A stretch of DNA of 64,000 nucleotides, from assembly GCA_963422265.1 (NCBI GenBank), contig OY729416.1:27998-91997 (forward strand). Direction: 5' to 3'. The translations under genes were made by a program, and so were the position numbers. The notes beneath the pieces are model-generated. The model was not told where the DNA came from. It searched no databases and saw only the letters and a program-made list of their open reading frames with translations. This document shows positions 41,063 to 56,063 of the stretch, piece by piece. This stretch comes from Thermodesulfobacteriota bacterium (GTDB lineage: Bacteria; Desulfobacterota_D; UBA1144; Nemesobacterales; UBA2774). Within the stretch, counting starts at the first letter, position 1, and each line of letters starts with the position of its first letter.

Positions 41063-41389
41063 TTGAAATACAAACCCAGAAGCATAGATGAGTTCAGTGA
41101 CGCCGCTTTAATGATCATGTGGGACGACGGGCACGAGAGCATTTACCTGTATGAGGACCTCAGGCGCGAGTGCCCCTGCGCTACATGTAGAAAACTCAAA
41201 AGCTCTGGAAGGACGCCGTTCAAAAAGACCATTCCCCTTAGGGTTAAATCCACAAACGTTAGACCTACCCAAATAGATTCCGTGGGGCGTTATGCGATTC
41301 AGTTCAAATGGAGTGACAGGCACGACACGGGAATATACAGCTTTGATTTTCTAAGGGGGTTGTGCCCCTGCGAGCAGTGTAGCTCCTGA
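41063..41389 (+). CDS. DUF971 / gamma-butyrobetaine hydroxylase N-terminal-like protein
   Basis: WDDGHES, LRRECPCATC, VGRYA..F.WSD.HDTGIYSF..LR. Confidence 0.9.
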   Translation: MKYKPRSIDEFSDAALMIMWDDGHESIYLYEDLRRECPCATCRKLKSSGRTPFKKTIPLRVKSTNVRPTQIDSVGRYAIQFKWSDRHDTGIYSFDFLRGLCPCEQCSS

Positions 41390-41532
41390 TCAATAAACCT
41401 CCGCAGAGTGACGCAGTCACGTCTCCGTTTATTTAACATGAAGCGCAAGCACATACCGTCGTGGAAACGGAGTATATGTATTTTACCTATAGAAGGAAAA
41501 ACGACAGAAGAAAACCCCTCGTCCTACCACTA

Positions 41533-41934
41533 CTATCCTACCCCCTTCTTAAAATCAATAGCGCATGAATTTATACAGTAGCGGAGCCCCGTCTCAGGCG
41601 GACCATCTGGAAAAACGTGTCCAAGGTGGGCATCGCACCTACTGCACAACACTTCGGTTCTAACCATGCCTAGGCTGTGATCAGTCTCTTCGGTAACTTT
41701 GTCGCTTGAAGTGGGTTCATAAAAACTGGGCCAGCCCGTGCCAGAATCAAACTTAGCCATAGAGCTGAACAGCTCTTCTTCACAGCAAATGCAGACATAA
41801 ACACCCTTTTCCTTGTGCTCGTAATACTTGCCGGCAAAGGGTCTTTCAGTTCCCTTACGTCTGGTGACGTAGTATTGCTCCTCGGTAAGTGTCTTTTGCC
41901 ACTCGGCGTCTGTTTTTGTAAATTTCCTCGACAT
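41533..41934 (-). CDS. msrB: Peptide methionine sulfoxide reductase B
   Basis: [33 protein letters not shown]. Confidence 0.97.
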   Translation of the reverse strand: MSRKFTKTDAEWQKTLTEEQYYVTRRKGTERPFAGKYYEHKEKGVYVCICCEEELFSSMAKFDSGTGWPSFYEPTSSDKVTEETDHSLGMVRTEVLCSRCDAHLGHVFPDGPPETGLRYCINSCAIDFKKGVG

Positions 41935-42077
41935 TGCGCTTAATCCGTAGTTTGCAGATTCGCGAGCTACACTAAAAGGTAACGCGCTTTATTCCCCACA
42001 TATAATAAATATAACAAAAGCATTTACCTAGTTAGGATAAGAATAAGAGCTAAAATAGCAAGCGATGAAAATCATCA

Positions 42078-42400
42078 CCCTCGCCTCCGCGTCTTAGGGT
42101 GGACCCCCTTCAATAGGTTCAGGACATCGCAAGGGTCGCCCCTGAAGGGTAAAACGCAACCGAGGAATCTCGTCTTTTCCCCCTCTCCTGCTGGGAGAGG
42201 GGCATAGGGTTAGGGTGTTTTCGTCATTCCTGCCCCCCGAGTGGGAATCTAGCTAGAAAGAGGGGCGGGGGACTTGAATTTCCTTCTTACTTGCCCCATC
42301 CCCTCTGTGGATTTCTGTCCCTTCATCATTTGTAGGGGTAACCATTGTGCCTCGGGGCGACCACCTTATTTTTTGATAAGACGCTAAGGGTCACCCCTAC
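42078..42400. repeat. Cluster of four REP-like families upstream of tRNA-Leu
   Basis: cccccttcaataggttcaggacatcgcaagggtcgcccc; ccctctcctgctgggagaggg; gtcattcctgccccccgagtgggaatc; gtaggggtaacc..gggtcacccctac. Confidence 0.8.
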
Positions 42401-42606
42401 ACCACGACCCCCACCTGCCCATTACCGTTATTCCGAGCTACGTTACCAAACACCCCTTATTGGGAATTGCTTCAGATTCTAGTATTGAGGATCAGGGAAC
42501 GAACTAATTACTTTCATCATGCTTTAGGAGCTGCGTCCCTAAATGGTTCTTGATTTTTTGCTATCTCGGGTGATAATAAACCTCTCGCTTGCGTATAGGA
42601 GTAGAG

Positions 42607-42690
42607 GGGCAGGTGGTGAAATTGGTAGACACGACGGCCTCAAAAGCCGTTGGGCGAAGGTCCATGGGGGTTCGAGTCCCCCCCTGCCCA
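42607..42690 (+). tRNA. tRNA-Leu(CAA)
   Basis: GGGCAGG..ACGGC-CT-CAA-AA-GCCGT, long variable arm, GGTTCGAGTCC..CCTGCCC-A; CCA not encoded. Confidence 0.94.
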
Positions 42691-42700
42691 CTTTAATACC

Positions 42701-43873
42701 TTAATACCTTGGCATATCGGGGTCGTATTTCTCTGCCCATGCATCTATTCCACCCTTGAGGTTTTTGGCTTTCTTAAACCCCTGTTCTTTTAGAAACTGC
42801 GTCGCGCGCAGGCTCCTTCCACCATGATGGCAGTGGATTACTATCTCATCATCGGCGTCAAGCTCATCCAACCTATCCGGAAGCTCGCCTAATGGAACTA
42901 ATACCGAGTCTTCAAAGCTGCATATATCGTATTCATGGTATTCCCTTACGTCCAGAACGGTTGGGTTGTTTCCGTTATCGCGCATTTTCTTAAACTCATC
43001 AATAGTGATCTCCATCTTTTCTTTCTCCTGAGTCTCCTCTCTTTGCACTGTTTCTTCCTGCCCTAACTCTCCCCGTCCTATTCCACAAAACTCCTCGTAG
43101 TCTATCAATTCCTTAATTGAGGCGTTTTCTCCGCAGATCGGACAGTTGGGGTCTTTCCTGAGCTTCATTTCCCTGGGCTTCATCTCTAGCACGTCCATAA
43201 ATAGCAGCCTACCGATAAGCGGGCTTCCATGCCCTAGAATAAGCTTTACCGCTTCAGCAGCCTGCATAGTGCCGATGATTCCGGGAAGTATGCCAAGCAC
43301 GCCTCCTTCGGCGCAGCTCGGAACTAATCCCGGTGGGGGTGGTTCTGGGTAAAGACAACGGTAGCAAGGACCGTTTCTTGAATCAAACACGCTTACTTGT
43401 CCTTCAAAACGAAAGATGCTTCCATAAACGTTTGGTTTTCCAAGCAGCACGCAGGAGTCATTTACAAGGTATCTTGTCGCAAAGTTATCCGTTCCATCTA
43501 CGATGACGTCATAGTCTTTAATAATTTCCATCGCGTTCTCAGACGTAAGCCTTTCATTATATGTATCAACCTTTACGTCTGAGTTAAGCTCACGGAGCCT
43601 TTCCTTAGCCGATTCCACCTTGAGTTTTCCTATGTTCTCCTCGCTATGTATTATCTGCCTTTGCAGGTTGCTAAAGTCAACAACGTCAAAATCCAGAATT
43701 CCTAGATGCCCGACTCCGGCAGCCGCAAGGTATAGGGCTAGAGGAGAACCTAATCCACCTGCCCCGATGCAGAGAACGCTCGCATCTATTAGTTTTTGCT
43801 GACCTTCTACGCCAACTTCGGGCATTATTAAATGCCTACTGTAACGCTTTACCTGCTCATTCGTGAGTCCCAT
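42701..43873 (-). CDS. moeB: MoeB/MoeZ adenylyltransferase with C-terminal rhodanese domain
   Basis: RYSRH, GAGGLGSP, SNLQRQ, DGTDNF, CYRC, CPIC, DVRE..CHHGGRS. Confidence 0.93.
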   Translation of the reverse strand: MGLTNEQVKRYSRHLIMPEVGVEGQQKLIDASVLCIGAGGLGSPLALYLAAAGVGHLGILDFDVVDFSNLQRQIIHSEENIGKLKVESAKERLRELNSDVKVDTYNERLTSENAMEIIKDYDVIVDGTDNFATRYLVNDSCVLLGKPNVYGSIFRFEGQVSVFDSRNGPCYRCLYPEPPPPGLVPSCAEGGVLGILPGIIGTMQAAEAVKLILGHGSPLIGRLLFMDVLEMKPREMKLRKDPNCPICGENASIKELIDYEEFCGIGRGELGQEETVQREETQEKEKMEITIDEFKKMRDNGNNPTVLDVREYHEYDICSFEDSVLVPLGELPDRLDELDADDEIVIHCHHGGRSLRATQFLKEQGFKKAKNLKGGIDAWAEKYDPDMPRY

Positions 43874-43966
43874 ATTTACATTACCATCCCGTGTCTGTAG
43901 CCCTTATAGTTAAAAAATATAATCTATATCCAATTTGCATATTTTCAATATAGCGTTATGTTTTAC

Positions 43967-44809
43967 TCAAATATAATGAGTTTCTTTTTCAAATCTGTTT
44001 GGTAAATCGTCAATAATATGTTTTACTAAACGCTCGTCGTCGTTAAATTTCACCTTTCTTAACCATCCTTGATCATCAAATTCTTCTTCCACTTTAGCAT
44101 AAGTGAATTGGGCATGGACGTTAGGGCTGACGACCAAAATATTTTTCACGTGGTTTCCTAGCCCCTCTATTATGTGATGTAGCTCGAAATATGGTTTTCC
44201 ATTTTTAGTTAGAAAACCAAATTTGCTTATTTGACATTTCCCTTTGTATATTTCAACTAAAATTTTACGCATTGAAGCAGGCACTCTCTTCTTAGTGCTA
44301 GTAGTTGTTGGTTTATTGTATTCTCTTGTTTCAATCTTTTCCCTTGACAAACGAAGAAACTCACTATGCACGGTTTCCTCAAAGTCATAGTTGGTGGTCA
44401 ATGAAATTTGTTTGAGTATTAAATCCACTTCTCTTTCGTCTTTTGCCTTATCTAATTCTTTCTCCGCCTTTAAGATGGATGCCTTAAACTGATCCTCCGT
44501 TAGAATCCTGTACTTATTTTTTTCGCCTATTACTTGAATAACAAGTTCTTCCCCGGCTTTTATTTGAGATCTTTCATAGAAGTTTTTCATTCCGCCAATT
44601 CTGCACTCTCTACTTGAACTTGTATAGGGTGTGAATTTTTTTGCATAGGGGTATATATCGCTTCCAAAAGCAATGTATATAGTTTTCCTTTCGTTGGGAA
44701 AGTAATCTATCAGAGATGTGGGAATAGCAAGTAGCCCTTTGTTGATTCGGCTTTGCGTAATTTTTACTGTTTTATAACTAAAGAGTATTTTGCTATCAGT
44801 TTTTATCAT
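43967..44809 (-). CDS. Putative HNH endonuclease with an uncharacterised N-terminal domain
   Basis: YKGKCQI..KPYFELHHI..NILVVSPNVHAQF; AT-rich relative to neighbours. Confidence 0.78.
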   Translation of the reverse strand: MIKTDSKILFSYKTVKITQSRINKGLLAIPTSLIDYFPNERKTIYIAFGSDIYPYAKKFTPYTSSSRECRIGGMKNFYERSQIKAGEELVIQVIGEKNKYRILTEDQFKASILKAEKELDKAKDEREVDLILKQISLTTNYDFEETVHSEFLRLSREKIETREYNKPTTTSTKKRVPASMRKILVEIYKGKCQISKFGFLTKNGKPYFELHHIIEGLGNHVKNILVVSPNVHAQFTYAKVEEEFDDQGWLRKVKFNDDERLVKHIIDDLPNRFEKETHYI

Positions 44810-44855
44810 AAAACATTCCTAGAATACCTAATTTTTCAAATTGCTAAAAATTTTC

Positions 44856-44884
44856 TTGACAACTATATTTTTATGCTCTATATT
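44856..44884 (+). promoter_or_regulatory. rrn operon sigma70 promoter
   Basis: TTGACA-N17-TATATT upstream of 16S; boxA-like GGTCTTTGAAA near 44992. Confidence 0.8.
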
Positions 44885-45055
44885 TAGAGTCCCTTCAAAA
44901 AGGGGGCGTCTAAAAATGCCCGATGTCTTTGAGTTTCTGGTTGTAGGTATTGCTAGAGTTCTTTAAGTCTGACGATATTAGATGGCGTTTCGGTCTTTGA
45001 AAATTAAATAGCAGATAAGCAGCGAAGCAGAGCTAAGCAATCGTTTCATTAAATT

Positions 45056-46619
<1,564 letters not shown>

Positions 46620-46738
46620 ATCATGGAGTAAGTATTGTAACGAAGCGGCTTACTCGGCTCTCGTTTGTCTATCTGCTATTCAATTTTGGCGCTCTTTGAT
46701 GATTAGCGGGGCTGCTAGTATTCTATTTATTCTCTGAG

Positions 46739-46812
46739 GGGCCTATAGCTCAGCCGGTCAGAGCGCACCCCTGATAAGGGTGAGGTCGGTGGTTCGAACC
46801 CACCTAGGCCCA
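46739..46812 (+). tRNA. tRNA-Ile(GAT)
   Basis: GGGCCTA..CACCC-CT-GAT-AA-GGGTG..TAGGCCC-A in the ITS. Confidence 0.97.
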
Positions 46813-46871
46813 TATCAGATATATCACATGTATCATATAGTGATGCGTTTTGCTGCCTTATTATTATGGAC

Positions 46872-46945
46872 GGGGGTGTAGCTCAGCTTGGGAGAGCGCC
46901 TGCCTTGCAAGCAGGAGGTCGGCGGTTCGAACCCGCTCACCTCCA
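46872..46945 (+). tRNA. tRNA-Ala(TGC)
   Basis: GGGGGTG..CCTGC-CT-TGC-AA-GCAGG..CACCTCC-A in the ITS. Confidence 0.97.
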
Positions 46946-47106
46946 TATAATTAAAGTTAAGCAATACATATTTGCAAGCGATCTTTGACAATTGAACGTT
47001 GTGCTGAGAAAAAATCGAGACGTGTTTTATTATTTATTTACGGCTTTTTATAAGCATGTCCCTGTGAAAGCAGGGATATAATTGCACGGTGGTTTTCATA
47101 CCTTGC

Positions 47107-50097
<2,991 letters not shown>

Positions 50098-50258
50098 CGG
50101 GGTTATGAAAATTACCGTGGACACGCTTGATACCTCAGCGCAACGTTCAATTGTCAAATGTTTCGTTCCTTGCCGTCTATTCCCTCCTACGCCTACTGAA
50201 TTTCTGCTTACGCAGGAATAACGGGCTGGGTTATGAATTCCCACCCCTTCCATAATTC

Positions 50259-50455
50259 GTAGGGGTAACCCTTGTGGTTACCCACACCACCACACCTCAG
50301 GGTGACCACAAGGGTTGCCCCGTCATTCCCAACTTGATTGGGAATCCAGGAATGGTTCAGTAGGCTCACCAACCAGAGGATTGGGGAATGATCACCATTT
50401 TCTATATACCCCCCCCTTTTTTTAGAAAAAGAGGATACTGGGGGATTTGATAGGG
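50259..50455. repeat. Composite REP cluster downstream of 23S
   Basis: gtaggggtaacccttgtggttaccc..gggtgaccacaagggttgcccc-gtcattcccaacttgattgggaatcc; cccccttttttagaaaaagagg..gggggatttgatag. Confidence 0.85.
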
Positions 50456-50461
50456 TGTTAG

Positions 50462-51388
50462 TCAAAGGATACTTAGTAACGCCGTGGCAAGGGCACGGGC
50501 TTTTTCTCTATCGGCCATCAGCGTATTGACGACAAAGGACTCTATGCCGATTTCGTTTATTTCCTGCGCCTCGCTGGAGTCTTTGGTATCTATTACCATA
50601 ACATCTAAAAAATCCTGATAGAGTCTCGCTATCTGAGTTGATGAAACTCTTAATCCAAGACCCTTCATTAGCCTATCAGCCGGTCCCCTTAGAGGCACTC
50701 CCCCTATTAAGGGACTTATGCCAATTATTTTTGCCTCCGAGAACTCCAGAGCTTTTCTAATACCATGCACTTGCAATATGGGACCAACACTTATAATAGG
50801 ATTGCTTGGGCAAATTATTATCACCCTTGATTCTTTAATCGCCTCCAGCACTCCTGGGGCAGGTTCGGCTTGGTCAATGCCTCTTATCGTAACCCTGTTC
50901 ACCTCAATATCCATTTTCCTTTTTACTAAATATTCCTGAAAGTGTATCTCGCCCTCGCACGTCACTACCCACGTCTCGACGTCGGCATCGGTCATCGGCA
51001 GGATGCTTACGTTGTCGGGAAGCCCCAAATCAGCAGCTATCTTTGACGTTATTTCGCTAGAGGTAAAGCCCTTTTGTTTGAGGCTGGTTCTGAGTATATG
51101 GGTTGCCAGGTCCCTATCACCCAGATTAAACCACGTATCGAGTCCAAAACCGCCTAGCGCCTTAAGGCAGTGAAAGGTGTCGCCCTTAAGTCCCCAGCCC
51201 TTTTGTTTATCGACAATACCACAAAGCCTATATATTATCGTGTCCACATCAGGGGAGATTCTTAAGCCCGAGAAAGTAATATCGTCAGCGGTATTTACAA
51301 CCACGTTGAGGTGCTCTTGCCCAATAATGGCGAGCAGACCTTCCAAGAATTTGGAAGCCCCAACCCCACCTCCCAAAGCCGTTATCAT
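50462..51388 (-). CDS. cofD: 2-phospho-L-lactate transferase (F420 biosynthesis)
   Basis: LGGGVGASKF, NTADD, ISPDVDT, WF.LGDRDLATH, HFQEY, PSNP.ISVGPI. Confidence 0.92.
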   Translation of the reverse strand: MITALGGGVGASKFLEGLLAIIGQEHLNVVVNTADDITFSGLRISPDVDTIIYRLCGIVDKQKGWGLKGDTFHCLKALGGFGLDTWFNLGDRDLATHILRTSLKQKGFTSSEITSKIAADLGLPDNVSILPMTDADVETWVVTCEGEIHFQEYLVKRKMDIEVNRVTIRGIDQAEPAPGVLEAIKESRVIIICPSNPIISVGPILQVHGIRKALEFSEAKIIGISPLIGGVPLRGPADRLMKGLGLRVSSTQIARLYQDFLDVMVIDTKDSSEAQEINEIGIESFVVNTLMADREKARALATALLSIL

Positions 51389-51794
51389 CCTAAGAAACCT
51401 CGTAGGGTGAGAAGAATGGACAAAATCAGAATTAATCCTCTTTAATTTATGATCAGGAATTCATTCTCAGATAAGGTGAGGTTAGGATATTTGAGGAGGC
51501 GCCGGGTGTCAAGTTGGGTAGCCATTGCCAACCGGAGAAAAAACGGCTTCGGATGCATGAGCTCTTAGCAAGTATCTCAAATCTCCTTTTTCTAATGACA
51601 TCTGCAGGTATGTCTTGAGCAGAGTTTAAGGATAGTTTCGCCTCATCGTTGCTTGCTAATCTGGCTATACTATGTATTTTAATTGGGCAAGCGTCTAGCG
51701 AATATGGGGATAGATATGATGGAGGGGATAGATACGGAATATGATATGACGGAATAGATTATGAAAGAGAAACAAATAGAGGAACGTTAAGTCT

Positions 51795-53414
51795 ATGAGC
51801 CTTGACCTTATAAGAAGAAAACACAAGTGGCTTACAAGAATCGTCCTGTTCTTCATTTCAGCTACGTTCATTTTCGGCATCGGATACTTTACAACCGATT
51901 TTGGCTCTTTCACAGGTGGTGCAACCGAGTCGGCGGCTAAGGTAAACGGCGAGAACGTCAGCTTTACCGAATTCTACCTGCAGCGAAATAGTATAGTGTC
52001 AAGATTGAGAGAGCAGGGAATCAGCGATCCTTCCACACTAGGCATATCGGACGCGCAAATTGACGCGTCGGCTCTTGAGAACTCTATTGACTTAAAGCTA
52101 CTGGCGCAAAAAGCAAGAGAACTTGGTTTCATAGTGAGCGACAAGGAAGTGAACGAGTTGATTCATTCTAATCCCAGTTTTCAGTCAGAGGGCAAATTTA
52201 TCGGCACGGAAAACTACAAGAACTTTATTAAGCAAGCTCTAAACATGATGCCCGAAGAGTTTGAACAATATACGAGAGAGCAAACCCTAGCGCAAAGGCT
52301 ACTGGAATTTATAGAACGAACGGCAATAGTAAGTGATGCGGGCCTACTCAACTCATATAAAAATCAGAACGAGAAAATAAATCTATACTACATAGCCTTT
52401 TCAGGAGATGACTTTACCGATTCGCACCCGCTAGCGGACGACGAAATAGAGAATTATTACAAAACCCACACCATAAGGTTTATGACTCCCGAGCTAAGGG
52501 CAATCCGCTATCTAATTATAACTCCAGAGATCTTTGAAGCCAGGGCAGAGGTATCGGACGAAGAGATAAGAGCCTATTACAACGCTTATCCCGAGGAATT
52601 TACGCCCGAAGACGAGGGAGCTACGAAGTCCCTCTCGGACGTAAAGGACGAGATCAAGTCCGAGCTAAAGAAGCAGCGCGGCGAGCAAGCGCTGCAGGAG
52701 CTTTTGGATGCTATTAATAAAGGTGCTTCAGGCGGGAAAACCGTAGATACGACAGCCCAAGAGAACGGCATCAAGTCAATTAGTGAAAGTCCGCTCTTTT
52801 CCGCCTCAGAGATTTTAGATGACATACCGCATGAGATCAGTAAACGGAGCTTTAAGATGAAAAAGGGAGAAACCGCCTTTACCCCTATAGAGACGAGCGT
52901 ATGGGTTGTGGAAGTCAAAAAGATCACTCCCCCCCGCGAGAAAAGCCTAGATGAGTCTAAGGAGGAAATAATAGCCCTGCTCAAGAAGCAGAACACCAGA
53001 ACTGCGGTTAGACAAAAGGCTGAGGAGACTCTGACAAGACTGAAAAAGATCAAAAAGGAAGCTCTACTAAAGGAGGCGACGGCACTGGGCTTGGAGTTAA
53101 AGGAAACAGGGTTTTTTACGCGGGGCGAAAGTATCTCGGAAATTGGCGTTGAGAATCTCAGTAGCGAGGCTTTTGATATTGACGAGGCATTGTCTGTATC
53201 AAACAAGCTTTACTCAAGCGGGAATGATTTCTACATAGTTTCTATAAAAGAAAGGCAAAGCGCTAAAATCGAAGAATTTGAGCAGGAAAAATACGCTCTA
53301 GAAGAACAAGAACTCTTTTTACAAAAAAGAGATGTTACCCAAAACTGGCTTGAAGATATGAGAAGAGAGGCAGAAATTAGATCAAATGACGAGCTGTTTT
53401 CCAATCGGCAATAG
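51795..53414 (+). CDS. PpiD/SurA N-terminal-domain periplasmic chaperone
   Basis: N-terminal TM, AAKVNGE, A.ELG..VSD.EV, F...G.F, YY..H...F..PE. Confidence 0.85.
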   Translation: MSLDLIRRKHKWLTRIVLFFISATFIFGIGYFTTDFGSFTGGATESAAKVNGENVSFTEFYLQRNSIVSRLREQGISDPSTLGISDAQIDASALENSIDLKLLAQKARELGFIVSDKEVNELIHSNPSFQSEGKFIGTENYKNFIKQALNMMPEEFEQYTREQTLAQRLLEFIERTAIVSDAGLLNSYKNQNEKINLYYIAFSGDDFTDSHPLADDEIENYYKTHTIRFMTPELRAIRYLIITPEIFEARAEVSDEEIRAYYNAYPEEFTPEDEGATKSLSDVKDEIKSELKKQRGEQALQELLDAINKGASGGKTVDTTAQENGIKSISESPLFSASEILDDIPHEISKRSFKMKKGETAFTPIETSVWVVEVKKITPPREKSLDESKEEIIALLKKQNTRTAVRQKAEETLTRLKKIKKEALLKEATALGLELKETGFFTRGESISEIGVENLSSEAFDIDEALSVSNKLYSSGNDFYIVSIKERQSAKIEEFEQEKYALEEQELFLQKRDVTQNWLEDMRREAEIRSNDELFSNRQ

Positions 53415-53464
53415 GAAGCCTCGCTCAAACTCAAACGGCGCAACAGCACGTCCCCAGTAGTAAG

Positions 53465-54796
53465 CTAACCGACTAAAACTATGCCAATGTCCATAACGTT
53501 GGTTCCGGTAGGTCCCGTGATAACAAGATCGCCCAGCTTATCAAAGAAATCATAGGAATTATGGCGAACAAGGTGCTCCCTTGCGCTCACCCCTATCTCC
53601 CTTGCGCGTAGCCTGCTCCATCCATCACAGATTGCCCCCGCCGCGTCAATCTGTCCATCTATACCATCCGTATCACAGAAAAGCCCCACTATGTCGCGCC
53701 CCATAGCCTCCATACAGAAAGACAGGGCGGTTTCAGTGTTTCTTCCACCTTTTCCGACGCTGTCGCTCGTTAAGGTGACGGTGGTTTCACCTCCGAATAT
53801 TATGCAGGATGGCCTTTCCACGGGGACGTCAAATCTTTCTATATCAAAAGCTATAGAGGCTATTATTTTAGCGACTTCCTTAGCTTCGCCTTTGACTTGT
53901 GAAGAGAGCATTAGCGCATTATAACCCAGGTCTCTTGCCTTTCTTTGTGCTGCTAACAGCGAAGTAAAATTGCCCCCGATTATAAGGTTATGCACCTTTT
54001 CTGGGGGGATTTCCCCTTCCTTGAGGGTTTCCTGGGAGTTCCCTCTTGCCCCTTCCTCGAGATGAACTACCACCTGAGGGGGTAGCTTATGATCTATTTC
54101 TAGCGCTTCTATCACGCGGCAGGCATCATCAAACGTTGTAGAGTCGGGGACGGTGTGCCCTGAGGCTATCGCATCCAATCTATCACTAACCACGTTGGAT
54201 AGAATTAAGGTTATTACCTGAGCAGGTAAGGCTTTTTTAAGAAGCCCCCCGCCTTTTATTTGGGATACATGCTTTCTAACCGCGTTCAGTCCGTTCTTAT
54301 CTACCCCCGACCTAAGGAGGATAGACGTCGTCTTTCTTATGTCATCTAGCGTAAGACCGTGTGAAGGCATTGCTAAAAGGGCACTTCCTCCCCCTGAAAT
54401 GAGAAAGATTACGAGATCCTTGCTCTGAGCCCTCTCAAGGATGGATAAAACTTTTGCGGCGGCGGCCAAGCTCCTTTCATTAGGCACGGGATGACTCGAA
54501 AGGTAAAAGTCCAATTTACTAAATTTGTTATAGGGCAGGGAATTAGAGACGACGACTCCTCCATCCAACCTATCACCTAATACTCCTTCTATCGCTTCAG
54601 CCATAGAGCTTGCGGCTTTCCCGAATGAAATCACAAAGACCGAGTCAAATTCGTCAAGATCATATAACTTGGAATCTACAGTAAGGACGTTCTCCTTGAG
54701 GCTAACGTAATCCAAGACGCATTTTCGCGGGTTAGCGGCTTCTACAGCCTCTCTGTATATCTCAACTGCTTTATCTCTCGCTTGTTTAAAGTCCAT
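53465..54796 (-). CDS. Glycerate kinase type 2 (MOFRL family)
   Basis: GKAA, HPVP, LISGGGSALL, IASG.T.PD, GGETTV, GGRN, TDGIDG, TGPTGTNVMD. Confidence 0.92.
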   Translation of the reverse strand: MDFKQARDKAVEIYREAVEAANPRKCVLDYVSLKENVLTVDSKLYDLDEFDSVFVISFGKAASSMAEAIEGVLGDRLDGGVVVSNSLPYNKFSKLDFYLSSHPVPNERSLAAAAKVLSILERAQSKDLVIFLISGGGSALLAMPSHGLTLDDIRKTTSILLRSGVDKNGLNAVRKHVSQIKGGGLLKKALPAQVITLILSNVVSDRLDAIASGHTVPDSTTFDDACRVIEALEIDHKLPPQVVVHLEEGARGNSQETLKEGEIPPEKVHNLIIGGNFTSLLAAQRKARDLGYNALMLSSQVKGEAKEVAKIIASIAFDIERFDVPVERPSCIIFGGETTVTLTSDSVGKGGRNTETALSFCMEAMGRDIVGLFCDTDGIDGQIDAAGAICDGWSRLRAREIGVSAREHLVRHNSYDFFDKLGDLVITGPTGTNVMDIGIVLVG

Positions 54797-54833
54797 TTAT
54801 CATACGAATTATCATACGAATCGTAGTCAAAGC

Positions 54834-55322
54834 TTAGTCTCTTCCAAGCTCATCTATTAATTTATCTACGTCTTTTTTCGTGACGTTCTCCTTGAGACTT
54901 TCGTCCACAAGCATTACGGGCGACGTTCCGCACGATGCTAGACATTCTGCTTCCATAAGGGTTATTTGCCCATCCGCCGTAGTCTCACCCGTTTTAATCC
55001 TTAGTCTATCGCACATGTAACGCTCTATGTGTTCAGCCCCCCTTAGCGCGCATGACAACGTTCTGCAGAGCCATATTACGTGTTTTCCAACTGGCTCCGT
55101 AAAGAACATCGTGTAGAACGTGGCGACGTTCCTGACGCTTGCGGGTGAAATCTCTAAAATCTTCGCGACCTTCTCCATAGAATCCGTTGATAGAAATCCG
55201 TGCTCCTTCTGCACCTCCCTAAGCACCGGAATCAATGCCGATTGCTTAGTCTCAGACTTCGAGATTGCCGAATTTATCTTGTCTGTTAGGGTTTGAGAAA
55301 AGGGCATCTTTACGCTCTCCAA
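54834..55322 (-). CDS. nuoE: NADH-quinone oxidoreductase subunit E (2Fe-2S)
   Basis: ALIPVL..VQ..G, VATFYTMF, CRTLSC, ECLASC. Confidence 0.9.
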   Translation of the reverse strand: MESVKMPFSQTLTDKINSAISKSETKQSALIPVLREVQKEHGFLSTDSMEKVAKILEISPASVRNVATFYTMFFTEPVGKHVIWLCRTLSCALRGAEHIERYMCDRLRIKTGETTADGQITLMEAECLASCGTSPVMLVDESLKENVTKKDVDKLIDELGRD

Positions 55323-55388
55323 CTCTTTAGGCTGAAAAGCTTACATGGTTTGATAACGTTCGCAAGACTGGGATAGAAGGGATTGTCG

Positions 55389-56063
55389 CTAGGACCGCGC
55401 TGGTTTCCACGGCGAGTAATCTATTTTGTGTATTACACTCATGGAAAACGATGCAGATCGAGACAGCTTTTCTCCATACTCTAATATCCATTCATGGGGA
55501 GCGTCTGAATAAAAATCGTTAAGCGTCATCCAGCTTCCACTGCTTAGAATTCCGCCGTCTATTACGTTTGCGAGAAACGCAGTCATGTCGCCGCCGTCCA
55601 TTGCGTTAATAATTTTACACTCCGCATAAGAGTGAGCATCATTGAGAATGGGACTTCCCGTTATTCCAAGTCTATAGGGTACACCTTTGAATTTCTTTCT
55701 TTCCCTTCCCGTGTAGAAGCCAAAGTTCTTTACTAATTCAAGTTGGTCTTTTCTAAGTAAATGAACCGTAAAAGCCCCGCTATTGGATATGAGCTCGTGA
55801 GTGTAGTTGCCCTTCCAGATACCTACAAGAAGCCTCGGCACTTCGTGTATTATTGAGGACGTAACGACGGTCACGGCGATCTGCCCATTCACCTTGATTT
55901 TTTCAGCTCCATCTCGCCCGGAATCATTAGAACCAGGATCATTAGAACCAGGATCATTAGAACATGAGCTCGTAATAACAACCACCGGAGAAAAAGACCA
56001 AAAAGCCCCTGCTACGACTCCACCTTCTTCTTTACCCATAATAGACATCTTAATTATATTCAA
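55389..56063 (-). CDS. Flavin reductase-like protein
   Basis: NGQIA, YTHELI..SG.F.V.LL, FG..TGR..KF, G.TGSPIL, GGD. Confidence 0.85.
   Translation of the reverse strand: MNIIKMSIMGKEEGGVVAGAFWSFSPVVVITSSCSNDPGSNDPGSNDSGRDGAEKIKVNGQIAVTVVTSSIIHEVPRLLVGIWKGNYTHELISNSGAFTVHLLRKDQLELVKNFGFYTGRERKKFKGVPYRLGITGSPILNDAHSYAECKIINAMDGGDMTAFLANVIDGGILSSGSWMTLNDFYSDAPHEWILEYGEKLSRSASFSMSVIHKIDYSPWKPARS

Noticed and set aside
42607-42690. tRNA-anchored genomic island at tRNA-Leu, -Met or -Gln
   Set aside because: No integrase and no duplicated tRNA 3' end noticed
52586-53206. 206 aa minus-strand ORF
   Set aside because: Antisense to the PpiD/SurA-like gene
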